Source: an uncultured Candidatus Saccharibacteria bacterium (GTDB taxonomy: Bacteria; Patescibacteriota; Doudnabacteria; UBA920; VMFF01). Taken from it: a stretch of 64,000 nucleotides of DNA. Positions 31,144-39,149 of the stretch are shown piece by piece. Each line of letters begins with the position of its first letter. Position 1 is the first letter of the stretch. The translations under genes and the position numbers were made by a program. A model generated the notes under the pieces. The model was given only the letters and a program-made list of their open reading frames with translations, made no database searches and was not told the DNA's origin. The stretch spans positions 3,800 to 67,799 of the forward strand of contig CAYIKZ010000002.1 in assembly GCA_964364285.1 (NCBI GenBank), given 5' to 3'.

Positions 31144-32448
31144 ATGAATATAAAGAAAAAAACAACAGTTTCTCAATCAAGCAAACCACAATCACTTCCT
31201 GGCTTAGCCGATATTATTCCAGGACAGGATAATTACTGGGATTTTGTAAGCTCTCATCTTCAAAGAATTGCTCGTGGTTATGGTTTCAACAGAATTGAAA
31301 TGCCACTCCTTGAAAATATTAGTTTGTACGCTCAAACAGAATTCGCAGAAAACAATGAAGCGGTTGATTTTGTAGACAACAGCGCAACCAAAATTGCTGT
31401 TAGAGCAGCAAGCATGCCATCTCTGATGCGTGCTTTTCATGAATACAAAATTCCGGAAGGACACAAGGTTTCAAAATGGTACTACCTGTCTCCGGTTTTA
31501 AGCTATGACCAGAAACAAAAGCAATACATTTCTTCTTGGCAATATGGTTTTGAAATGTTTGGCGAGTTTTCTCCTTTAAACGAGGTTCAGATGATTAGCT
31601 TGCTTTGGAAGTTCTTCAAAGCAATAGGTTTACAAAATGTTTCTTTGGAGATAGACAGCTTGGGTGACGAAGCTTGCAAAGGACAATACGAGGAAGCATT
31701 AACCGGATACTTACAAAGCAAGAAATATGAACTCTGCAATGATTGTGTGGCTGCAATTGAAGAGTTCCCAATGCAGGTTTTCAGATGCAACAACCTAGAG
31801 TGCAAAACCGTTGCAACAGACGCTCCACAATCAGTGGATTTCTTAGACACTGCTTGCCACAAACATCTTACAAATGTTTTAGAAGGATTAGATGAGTTGG
31901 GAATAATGTACGCGTTAAATCCAATGCTTGCTGGAAAAAAAGGAACATCTAAAACAACCTTTGCTTTCAAACACACAGAAACAACTCCAACAGGAACAGT
32001 AGACAGATTTCTAGGAGAGGGAGCATACCATGATCAGATATATAAAGAACTGACCGGTAAAAACGTGGTTTGTTTTGGTTTCCATTCAAACATTGAAAGC
32101 TTACAAAAAGCAGTTAAAGAACAAAAACAAGAACAGATTGAAACATTAGCAGCAGCAAAAGCAGAAGTTTTCTTAGCGCCACTAGGTGACCTTGCTTCAA
32201 AGAAAGCAATCAAGCTATTCTCAGAGCTTTGGGATGCACAGGTTTCAGTTCATGACCATTTTGGAGGAGAGGGAGTTAAGAACCAGCTTAAACTAGCAGA
32301 GGGATCAAAAGCCATGATTGCTTTAATCATTGGACAAAAAGAAGCTATGGATGACATGGTTATTCTAAGAGATGTTAAATCAGGAATGCAGGAAGTTTTC
32401 AGATATGATCAGATAATAGAAGAAGTTAAAAAAAGATTAGGGAAATAG
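31144..32448 (+). CDS. Histidyl-tRNA synthetase paralogue, probably catalytically inactive (HisRS-like)
   Basis: Full HisRS architecture (catalytic core, insertion domain with Cys pairs, anticodon-binding domain). Motif-2 and motif-3 arginines are replaced (LSYDQKQ..., GEGAYHD versus GGRYD). The canonical hisS is at 44798. Confidence 0.65.
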   Translation: MNIKKKTTVSQSSKPQSLPGLADIIPGQDNYWDFVSSHLQRIARGYGFNRIEMPLLENISLYAQTEFAENNEAVDFVDNSATKIAVRAASMPSLMRAFHEYKIPEGHKVSKWYYLSPVLSYDQKQKQYISSWQYGFEMFGEFSPLNEVQMISLLWKFFKAIGLQNVSLEIDSLGDEACKGQYEEALTGYLQSKKYELCNDCVAAIEEFPMQVFRCNNLECKTVATDAPQSVDFLDTACHKHLTNVLEGLDELGIMYALNPMLAGKKGTSKTTFAFKHTETTPTGTVDRFLGEGAYHDQIYKELTGKNVVCFGFHSNIESLQKAVKEQKQEQIETLAAAKAEVFLAPLGDLASKKAIKLFSELWDAQVSVHDHFGGEGVKNQLKLAEGSKAMIALIIGQKEAMDDMVILRDVKSGMQEVFRYDQIIEEVKKRLGK

Positions 32449-32449
32449 C

Positions 32450-32782
32450 ATGGAAGAATGTGTATTTTGTAAAATCGTAAACAAAGAAGAACCAACTGAA
32501 CGAATCATATTTGAAGATCAGGATTTTTTGGTTTTTCCCTCAAAGTTTCCATCAGCAGAGACACATCTTTTGTTGATCCCTAAAAAACACATTCTTTCAA
32601 TGGCACATGTTTCTGAAGAAGAAACTGACATCTTAGGGCGTTTACTTGTTCTTTCAAGAAAAATTGCTGAACTAGAAAGCATAAAAGACTACAAATTGGT
32701 TTTTAACATCGGGAAATATCTGCACGTGCCACACTTACATCTACACCTTGTTGCAGGGAATCTAGAGAACGACCGAGTCTAG
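32450..32782 (+). CDS. HIT-family (histidine triad) nucleotide hydrolase
   Basis: C-terminal HVPHLHLHLV histidine-triad motif. 110 aa. Confidence 0.85.
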   Translation: MEECVFCKIVNKEEPTERIIFEDQDFLVFPSKFPSAETHLLLIPKKHILSMAHVSEEETDILGRLLVLSRKIAELESIKDYKLVFNIGKYLHVPHLHLHLVAGNLENDRV

Positions 32783-32796
32783 CAAAGAAGAAACAG

Positions 32797-32825
32797 TGCC
32801 GCCATAACAGGGCGGCATTTTTGTT
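32797..32825 (+). terminator. Terminator
   Basis: tgccgcc-ataacag-ggcggca followed by TTTTTG. Confidence 0.55.
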
Positions 32826-32911
32826 TTAGAGAGAATTGCTCATTTGACCAAAGCCCATTTTTGGGGTATATTCATATCAGTTTTAATCAGTTTTTACATC
32901 CTTAGAAGGGG

Positions 32912-33157
32912 GTGACAGTAGTGGTAGAAGTTAAAAAGAAAGAAGGCGAGTCATTCGAAAGTTTACTCAGAAGATTTAACCGCAAAATACAACAAAGCGG
33001 TGTTTTAGTGCGTGCTAGAAAAACAAGATTTTTCGAGCCAGTAAAAAGCAAGCGATTTGTCAGAGAAGACGCTCGTAGACGCGCTGATTTAAAAGAGAAA
33101 AGAGAAGAGTTAAAAAAATCAGGTAAATTACCTATTAAAAAGTACGGTAGATATTAA
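32912..33157 (+). CDS. rpsU: Ribosomal protein S21
   Basis: Basic 70-80-aa protein with an S21-like core. GTG start at 32912 or 32921 after AGGGGG. Confidence 0.7.
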   Translation: MTVVVEVKKKEGESFESLLRRFNRKIQQSGVLVRARKTRFFEPVKSKRFVREDARRRADLKEKREELKKSGKLPIKKYGRY

Positions 33158-33163
33158 ACCCTC

Positions 33164-33601
33164 ATGTTAAAAGAACAAATTGACGCAGACTTAAAAGCAG
33201 CAATGATCGCAAAAGACCAGACAACACTGGATACTTTAAGAATGCTTAGAGCACGCATCAAAAACGAAGAAATAGCTAAGGGAAAAGATTCCACAGACGA
33301 AGATATTATTTCAATACTCGGTTCTGAAGTTAAAAAAAGAAAAGACTCAGTGACCGCGTACACACAAGGGAACAGACTAGAGCTAGCAGAAAAAGAACAA
33401 AGCGAAATCACAGTTCTACAAAAATATTTACCAGCTCAGCTTTCAGAACAAGAAGTAACACAGATCATAACAGAAGCATTAGCAGGGCAAACATTCCAAG
33501 CTTCTGAGTTTGGTAAGGCCATGGCTTTAGTAATGCCTAAGTTAAAAGGTAAAGCTGATGGTTCTTTAATTTCAAAAATCTTGAAAGAAAAGCTTAGTTA
33601 A
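33164..33601 (+). CDS. GatB/YqeY-domain protein
   Basis: 145 aa with the YqeY-like helical pattern. Confidence 0.75.
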   Translation: MLKEQIDADLKAAMIAKDQTTLDTLRMLRARIKNEEIAKGKDSTDEDIISILGSEVKKRKDSVTAYTQGNRLELAEKEQSEITVLQKYLPAQLSEQEVTQIITEALAGQTFQASEFGKAMALVMPKLKGKADGSLISKILKEKLS

Positions 33602-33610
33602 AAAAAACAA

Positions 33611-34855
33611 ATGCCACAACAACAATATCTTGTAGGTTTGGATATAGGGTCATCATACGTTAGAGTAGTTGTCGGAAAGATTGATGAAGAATCCAAAGTT
33701 CCAAGCATCATCGGAGTAAGCGAAACACCATCTTCTGGAATCAGAAAGGGAGTTATCATTGACATTGATGAAGCTGTTTCAACAATTTCTCAAGCACTTG
33801 AAAAAGTTGAACGCATGACAGGTATTGCTGTTACCGAGGCAACAGTAGCAATTGGTGGAGCACATATCTCATCAGTTGAATCACATGGAGTCATTGCAGT
33901 TTCCAGAGCTGATGGTGAGATCATGGAAAATGACATCATAAGAGTGATAGACGCTTCACAAGCGATTTCAATTCCAGCGAACAGGGAAATAATACACGTC
34001 ATACCTAAAAATTTTGTTGTTGACGGACAAACAGGAATAAAAGATCCGCTCGGTATGACAGGTATTCGTTTAGAAGTTGATACAGTCATAGTTCAGGCAG
34101 CAGCACCATTCATAAAAAACTTAACTAAAGCAATACAGCAAGCTGGTATAAAGATAAACGACATGGTTTTAGCACCTCTTGCCGCAGCTCAAGCAGTACT
34201 AACAAAGCGCCAAAAAGAACTTGGCGTTGCTTTAGTAGATTTGGGCGGTGGCACGACAGGTTTAGTTGTTTTTGAAGAAGGACAACTCTTGCACACATCA
34301 GTTGTTCCTGTTGGTTCAGCACATATTACAAACGACATTGCGATTGGCCTCAGAACTTCAATCGAAACAGCAGAGAAAGTTAAACAAAGATATGCTCATG
34401 CAATACCAAGAGAAGTAAACAGAAGCGAAGAAATAGATCTTTCTGAGATTGATTCATCTGAAGAAGAGCGTGTTTCAAGACACCATGTTGCTGAAATATC
34501 AGAAGCTCGCCTTGAAGAAATCTTTGATCTAGTAAACAAAGAATTAAAGACCATAAATAGAGACGGACAACTGCCGGCCGGGGTTGTTTTCACAGGGGCT
34601 GGCGCAAATCTTCCGGGCATACTAGAATTAGCTAAAAAGCAGCTTCGATTACCAGTACAACTTGGAGTTCCCGCAAACGTAAATACAATCATTGACCGGG
34701 TGGAGGACCCTGCATACGCAACAGCAGTGGGTCTAGTTCTTTGGGCTTTTGAATACCATCATGGTAGTGCTAAAGCACCAAAGTTTGGATTTGATATATT
34801 ACAGAATGCAAAATTGGATCCTCTAAAAAAGCTGTTTAAGAAGTTTTTGCCATAA
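33611..34855 (+). CDS. ftsA: Cell division protein FtsA
   Basis: Actin-like ATPase ([14 protein letters not shown]) immediately upstream of ftsZ. Confidence 0.9.
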   Translation: MPQQQYLVGLDIGSSYVRVVVGKIDEESKVPSIIGVSETPSSGIRKGVIIDIDEAVSTISQALEKVERMTGIAVTEATVAIGGAHISSVESHGVIAVSRADGEIMENDIIRVIDASQAISIPANREIIHVIPKNFVVDGQTGIKDPLGMTGIRLEVDTVIVQAAAPFIKNLTKAIQQAGIKINDMVLAPLAAAQAVLTKRQKELGVALVDLGGGTTGLVVFEEGQLLHTSVVPVGSAHITNDIAIGLRTSIETAEKVKQRYAHAIPREVNRSEEIDLSEIDSSEEERVSRHHVAEISEARLEEIFDLVNKELKTINRDGQLPAGVVFTGAGANLPGILELAKKQLRLPVQLGVPANVNTIIDRVEDPAYATAVGLVLWAFEYHHGSAKAPKFGFDILQNAKLDPLKKLFKKFLP

Positions 34856-36132
34856 TGAAAAAGAATTTAAACAAGAAAAAGATGCAAGTTAAACCTAAAA
34901 TTGAGACCTACGCCAGAATCAAAGTGTTAGGTGTTGGTGGTTCAGGCACAAATGCAATTCACCGAATGATGGAACTTGGTATTAATGGTGTTGAGTTCAT
35001 TGCTATAAACACAGACGCGCAGGCATTACACAATTCCAAAGCTGATAAAAAAGTTCACATCGGAAGAACAATCACAAGAGGTCTTGGTGCTGGAATGAAT
35101 CCAGACCAAGGAAGACAAGCAGCGGAAGAATCACACGATGATATATTTGAAGCTATTGAAAATGCTGACATGGTTTTCATTACTTGTGGTTTAGGTGGAG
35201 GAACAGGAACAGGTGCAGCACCAATCATTGCAGAGCTAGCCAAAGAACACGGCGTCTTAACAGTTGCTGTTGTTACAAAACCTTTTGCATTTGAAGGAAC
35301 AAAAAGAAGAGACGTTGCAGAAGAAGGCTACTCAAATCTAAAAGACAAAGTTGACGCAATAATCTCAATTTCAAACGATCGAATCTTACAGATCATCGAC
35401 AAAAAAACATCCTTAATAGATGCTTTCAAAACAGTTGATGATGTACTAAGACAAGGTATACAAGGAATCTCCGATTTAATTACAACACACGGTATTGTTA
35501 ACGCTGACTTTGCGGATGTTAGAACAATAATGCAAGATGCTGGTACTGCTTTAATGGGTATTGGCAGAGCATCTGGTGAAGGCAGAGCAATCGAAGCCGC
35601 AAGAAACGCAATTAATTCGCCATTATTAGAATTAGCAATCGATGGTGCTAAAGGAGTCTTGTTTAATATCACAGGTGGAACCAACCTTGGAATGTTTGAA
35701 ATTGATGAAGCAGCTAAGATCATTACAAAGAGCGTTGATCCTGAAGCAAAAATCAAATTCGGCGCAGTTATTAACGAAGACATGACTGATGAAGTTCAGA
35801 TTACAGTCATTGCAACAGGTTTTGATGAGATGCAAAGAAAACCAAGCACAATTCGTTTGTCAGAAATTGATGAACAGCTCGGTGGTGGTATGAGAGAATT
35901 TAGAAAAATGGATGATATTAAAAGAGAAGACATCTTTAAAAAAGTAGAAAAGCACGAAGAACCAAAAATTGAACCAAAAAAAGTAGAAGAACCAAGAGTG
36001 GTTCAAGAAAAACAAGTTCTTCCAGAAGCGAGAGAAGTTAGGAAACCATTTTTTTCAGGAACAGCGCCAGTCGTTGATGAAGAAACAGATGAGTTAGACA
36101 TTCCTGCGTTCATCAGAAAAAAAATGAAGTAA
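34855..36132 (+). CDS. ftsZ: Cell division GTPase FtsZ
   Basis: Tubulin signature GGGTGTG, T7 loop NxDFAD and a C-terminal DIPAFIRK peptide. The ATG overlaps the ftsA stop (TAATG). Confidence 0.95.
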   Translation: MKKNLNKKKMQVKPKIETYARIKVLGVGGSGTNAIHRMMELGINGVEFIAINTDAQALHNSKADKKVHIGRTITRGLGAGMNPDQGRQAAEESHDDIFEAIENADMVFITCGLGGGTGTGAAPIIAELAKEHGVLTVAVVTKPFAFEGTKRRDVAEEGYSNLKDKVDAIISISNDRILQIIDKKTSLIDAFKTVDDVLRQGIQGISDLITTHGIVNADFADVRTIMQDAGTALMGIGRASGEGRAIEAARNAINSPLLELAIDGAKGVLFNITGGTNLGMFEIDEAAKIITKSVDPEAKIKFGAVINEDMTDEVQITVIATGFDEMQRKPSTIRLSEIDEQLGGGMREFRKMDDIKREDIFKKVEKHEEPKIEPKKVEEPRVVQEKQVLPEAREVRKPFFSGTAPVVDEETDELDIPAFIRKKMK

Positions 36133-36180
36133 AAACTCTAGACAAGAACGAAATTTTGTGATATAATAGATATGTAAAGT

Positions 36181-36211
36181 TAGAAACTCTAAGAAAACCT
36201 TAGAGTTTTTG
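36181..36211 (+). terminator. Terminator after ftsZ
   Basis: aaactctaag-aaaac-cttagagttt followed by a T-run. Confidence 0.6.
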
Positions 36212-36261
36212 ATTGGTCGATTACCGATCCTTTGTTCCCAAAGATCTAGTGAATAAAGGGT

Positions 36262-36678
36262 ATGAAACAAAAACAAAAACGAAAAATGAAAACAAAGACT
36301 AAAGTCTATCAATCAGACGCGCACATTATTATGCCGTTGTTAGTTGTTGCTTTAGCAGCAAACCTTTTCTTGTTTGCTGTATCATATAGCAACGCATCTT
36401 TCTACGGCGAGGAGCGCGCATTCCCTGACCTCTTTGGTCCTGCTCAAATTTCACAGAATTTAGACCAGGTCATAAACAAAGTGGTTTTTAATGTTCAAGA
36501 TTCCTTAAACTTTGTTGCTACCGAAATAAAGCCAGCGGTAGTTGCATTTATGGGACTTGATGAATACCATTATGGTTCATCAAGACAAACTGCTTTAGCA
36601 CCACAAGTGCAGAGTTACACTCAAGGAGCAGTACTTGGTGCGATGTATTACAACCCAGCATATTTTGTTGGACAATAG
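36262..36678 (+). CDS. Hypothetical membrane/secreted protein
   Basis: 138 aa with a basic N-terminus followed by a hydrophobic helix. Confidence 0.4.
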   Translation: MKQKQKRKMKTKTKVYQSDAHIIMPLLVVALAANLFLFAVSYSNASFYGEERAFPDLFGPAQISQNLDQVINKVVFNVQDSLNFVATEIKPAVVAFMGLDEYHYGSSRQTALAPQVQSYTQGAVLGAMYYNPAYFVGQ

Positions 36679-36816
36679 AGAGTAGATGATCTGCGCGATG
36701 GGAGCTCGGATCGAATCTAGACGGAGGGTGCAGGGATAATTTTAAGCAACAATTCAAAACAAAGAACGCAACGGACTTCTACGCAAACCGAGGCGTTTTT
36801 TGTTTGTCCAAAGGAT

Positions 36817-36845
36817 TTGGCAAAACCCGTACCTTATGTTAATTT
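36817..36845 (+). promoter_or_regulatory. Promoter TTGGCA-17-TAATTT (extended -10) upstream of GC-rich island 3
   Basis: Same architecture as the promoters at 25762 and 52773. Confidence 0.4.
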
Positions 36846-36915
36846 TATATGTCGCGGTACATGCCGTGATACAAGTAGGTTCACAGTCTGACACGGAGGA
36901 CTCTTGGACAAACTG

Positions 36916-37620
36916 ATGTTGCTTAACCGTATGGTGTTGGCTCTTGACGATATGGAACCGGATCAGATCGGTGAGCTGATCGCTGCACTTGCTCACAATG
37001 ATCTTCTTCCATGGTCGTTCAAGGTCAACGATCGTTGGGTCGAGAGTGGAAAGCAGACGGTACCGATGTTGCGTCTTGCGGCCGGCGGTGCTCACGTCAG
37101 GGTGCTCGCAGACCTGAAGCTCAGCGACACCCCCAAGACCATGAGCGCAAGCGCGAGGCGGGTGCGCGAGGCGGGTGCAGTTGCACTCACAATCCATGCC
37201 AGCTGCGGCCTTGATTCCATCAAGGCTGCGCTTGAGCACGGTCCAGCGGAGATCATTGCTGTGACCTTGCTCACCTCGATCAATCGGATGAACTGCCTGG
37301 CGCTCTACGGGCGTGAGCCGATTGAGCAGGTCAAGATCTTTGCCAAATACGCGCTCGAGAGCGGGGTTGGCAATCTGGTCTGCTCCGGGGAAGAAGTCGC
37401 GACGCTTCACGAGATGTACCCTGGCATCGGTCTGCTGGTTCCCGGTGTTCGTATGCCGGGTAGCGACCTTCGGGGTCAGAAGCGCATCACTACGCCATGG
37501 GATGCTTTCAACAACGGTGCAACGCGCATCGTTGTCGGAAGCGAAGTCACGATGGCGAAGGACCCAGTGGCTACGTTCGAGAATCTGCTCGCGGAAACTG
37601 AGAAGCACGTGGAGTTCTGA
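36916..37620 (+). CDS. pyrF: Orotidine-5'-phosphate decarboxylase-family protein (PyrF-like), GC-rich
   Basis: LALDD near the N-terminus, K-L-S-D-T-P-K-T (OMPDC KxxDIPNT-like) and C-terminal RIVVGSEV. ATG 36916 is used; a TTG at 36904 is possible. Confidence 0.65.
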   Translation: MLLNRMVLALDDMEPDQIGELIAALAHNDLLPWSFKVNDRWVESGKQTVPMLRLAAGGAHVRVLADLKLSDTPKTMSASARRVREAGAVALTIHASCGLDSIKAALEHGPAEIIAVTLLTSINRMNCLALYGREPIEQVKIFAKYALESGVGNLVCSGEEVATLHEMYPGIGLLVPGVRMPGSDLRGQKRITTPWDAFNNGATRIVVGSEVTMAKDPVATFENLLAETEKHVEF

Positions 37621-37640
37621 CACCAACCGGAGGAGGAAGG

Positions 37641-38336
37641 ATGATAGTAACTGGGGGAAGGTGGCAGAACGAAGCTGTGACAAGCTTCCTAGACTCCCTC
37701 TGGGCCTTTGGCGCCATCATGGGCGTCGACAAGTCGCCAGAGGGCAAGGGGTTTCGGCTTGCGCTTCACGAGCGTAACCCAGATGCCCCACTCTCGCCGT
37801 TCTACTTCAACCTGCGGCGGGTCCAGTCGCACCCGGCGACCCTGTACATGGCAGCACAGATGATGAGGGAGAAGATCATCGAGGATATTGATGGTGGTGC
37901 TTTCCAACTCATCGCCGGCATTCCAACTGCCGGTACACCGTTTTCGACAGCCTTGTCCCTGCTGATGCATCGCGGACAGGTGTCGCCGCGGATGCAGGCG
38001 AAGGGGCACGGGGTTGGTGATCTCGTGGATGGTGACTTCCATGACGGGCAGACCGTTCTGTTGGTCGACGATCTGATCACCGAGGCTGATTCCAAGCTTC
38101 GTGCGATCGACATCCTGCAGCGCGCCGGTCTCATCGTTCAGAATATCGCCGTCCTGATCGACCGGGAACAGGGCGGCAGACAGCGGCTTGAGGCTGCTGG
38201 GTACAAGGTTCACCCCGTCTTCACGGTCACTGAAGTCTTCTCCTACTACCTGGCTGCTGGTGAATCCACCCAGTCCGCCTACGACCAGATCGTGGAGTAC
38301 CTCGACCGCGAAGCCGAGAAGCACGCGAACCAGTAA
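37641..38336 (+). CDS. pyrE: Orotate phosphoribosyltransferase (PyrE-like), GC-rich
   Basis: PRPP-binding motif VLLVDDLITEADS and DREQGG. N-terminal PyrE-like flexible loop. Strong RBS GGAGGAGGAAGG. Confidence 0.75.
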   Translation: MIVTGGRWQNEAVTSFLDSLWAFGAIMGVDKSPEGKGFRLALHERNPDAPLSPFYFNLRRVQSHPATLYMAAQMMREKIIEDIDGGAFQLIAGIPTAGTPFSTALSLLMHRGQVSPRMQAKGHGVGDLVDGDFHDGQTVLLVDDLITEADSKLRAIDILQRAGLIVQNIAVLIDREQGGRQRLEAAGYKVHPVFTVTEVFSYYLAAGESTQSAYDQIVEYLDREAEKHANQ

Positions 38337-38509
38337 CAAACAATCGACAAGAGGAAAAACCGTCCCTGGAGGAGGACGGATGAAAGAAACAGGCTATGGC
38401 TCTGGTGCAGATTTTGTACCAGAGCCTGCTGTTTTTTAGTGATTGTGGATAAACTTGATTTAGTTGTTTAAAAAGGTTGAAATTATTGGATTTTTGATAT
38501 ATTTGCCTA

Positions 38510-38557
38510 CCACAACATATGGTGCTAAGATGTTTTTAGGAACACAAGATATAGTGT
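38510..38557 (+). promoter_or_regulatory. Tandem NrdR boxes upstream of nrdR-nrdJ
   Basis: Box 2 ACACAAGATATAGTGT (15/16 to acaCwAtATaTwGtgt). Box 1 CCACAACATATGGTGC (12/16). Centres 32 bp apart. Confidence 0.55.
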
Positions 38558-38676
38558 CCTGAAACAAAGACAAAAGCACATTCTTAATGTTCCCCGGTTT
38601 GTTTTTAACCTTATTTGGAGCTAAGGGCTAGTTATCATCGGCTCAAAAAAGGAAATATTACCTAAATTTTAAGACC

Positions 38677-39120
38677 ATGCGCTGCCTAAACTGCAATCAC
38701 GAAGACACAAAAGTTATTGACTCCCGCGTTGCTGGAGATGGTGTTGCAATTCGCCGCAGAAGAGAATGTAATTCCTGTGGTTTTCGTTTTTCTACATACG
38801 AAGAAGTTGAAATTTTAGATCTAACAGTTGTAAAAAGAGATGGAGTTAAAGAACTCTACTCTAGAGACAAACTAGAGCGGGGAATTAGGAGGGCATTTGA
38901 AAAAAGACCAGTCTCAGAAGAAAACTTCAAGAAACTAATATCACAGATTGAGCAGGAGATACAAAAAGTTGCAGATCCGGAAATAACGACAGAGCAAATT
39001 GGAGACATAGTCATGAAAAAGATTAAAAAGGTCGACAAGGTTGCTTACGTAAGATTCGCATCAGTATACAAACAGTTTGAAGACATTGAAGAATTCAAAG
39101 CAGAACTGCAAAAACTTTAA
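38677..39120 (+). CDS. nrdR: Transcriptional repressor NrdR
   Basis: Zn ribbon CLNC...CNSC plus an ATP-cone. 147 aa. Confidence 0.9.
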   Translation: MRCLNCNHEDTKVIDSRVAGDGVAIRRRRECNSCGFRFSTYEEVEILDLTVVKRDGVKELYSRDKLERGIRRAFEKRPVSEENFKKLISQIEQEIQKVADPEITTEQIGDIVMKKIKKVDKVAYVRFASVYKQFEDIEEFKAELQKL

Positions 39121-39149
39121 TAACCAATAACAGAAAACAATTAAAAACC

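Noticed and set aside
36688-36740. Short GC-rich stretch with SacI and XbaI sites (gagctc...tctaga) resembling a cloning polylinker
   Set aside because: No match to any common vector MCS order. It is too short and most likely coincidence, possibly a tiny sixth GC fragment.
36754-38339. 309-aa and 216-aa minus-strand ORFs antisense to pyrF-like and pyrE-like genes
   Set aside because: The plus-strand products carry unmistakable OMPDC and PRTase motifs. The minus frames are composition artefacts.
38188-38439. 83-aa plus-strand ORF overlapping the 3' end of the pyrE-like gene
   Set aside because: Out-of-frame overlap with a well-supported gene. Only its last 19 codons (38380-38439) have an RBS, kept as a low-confidence mini-ORF in findings.
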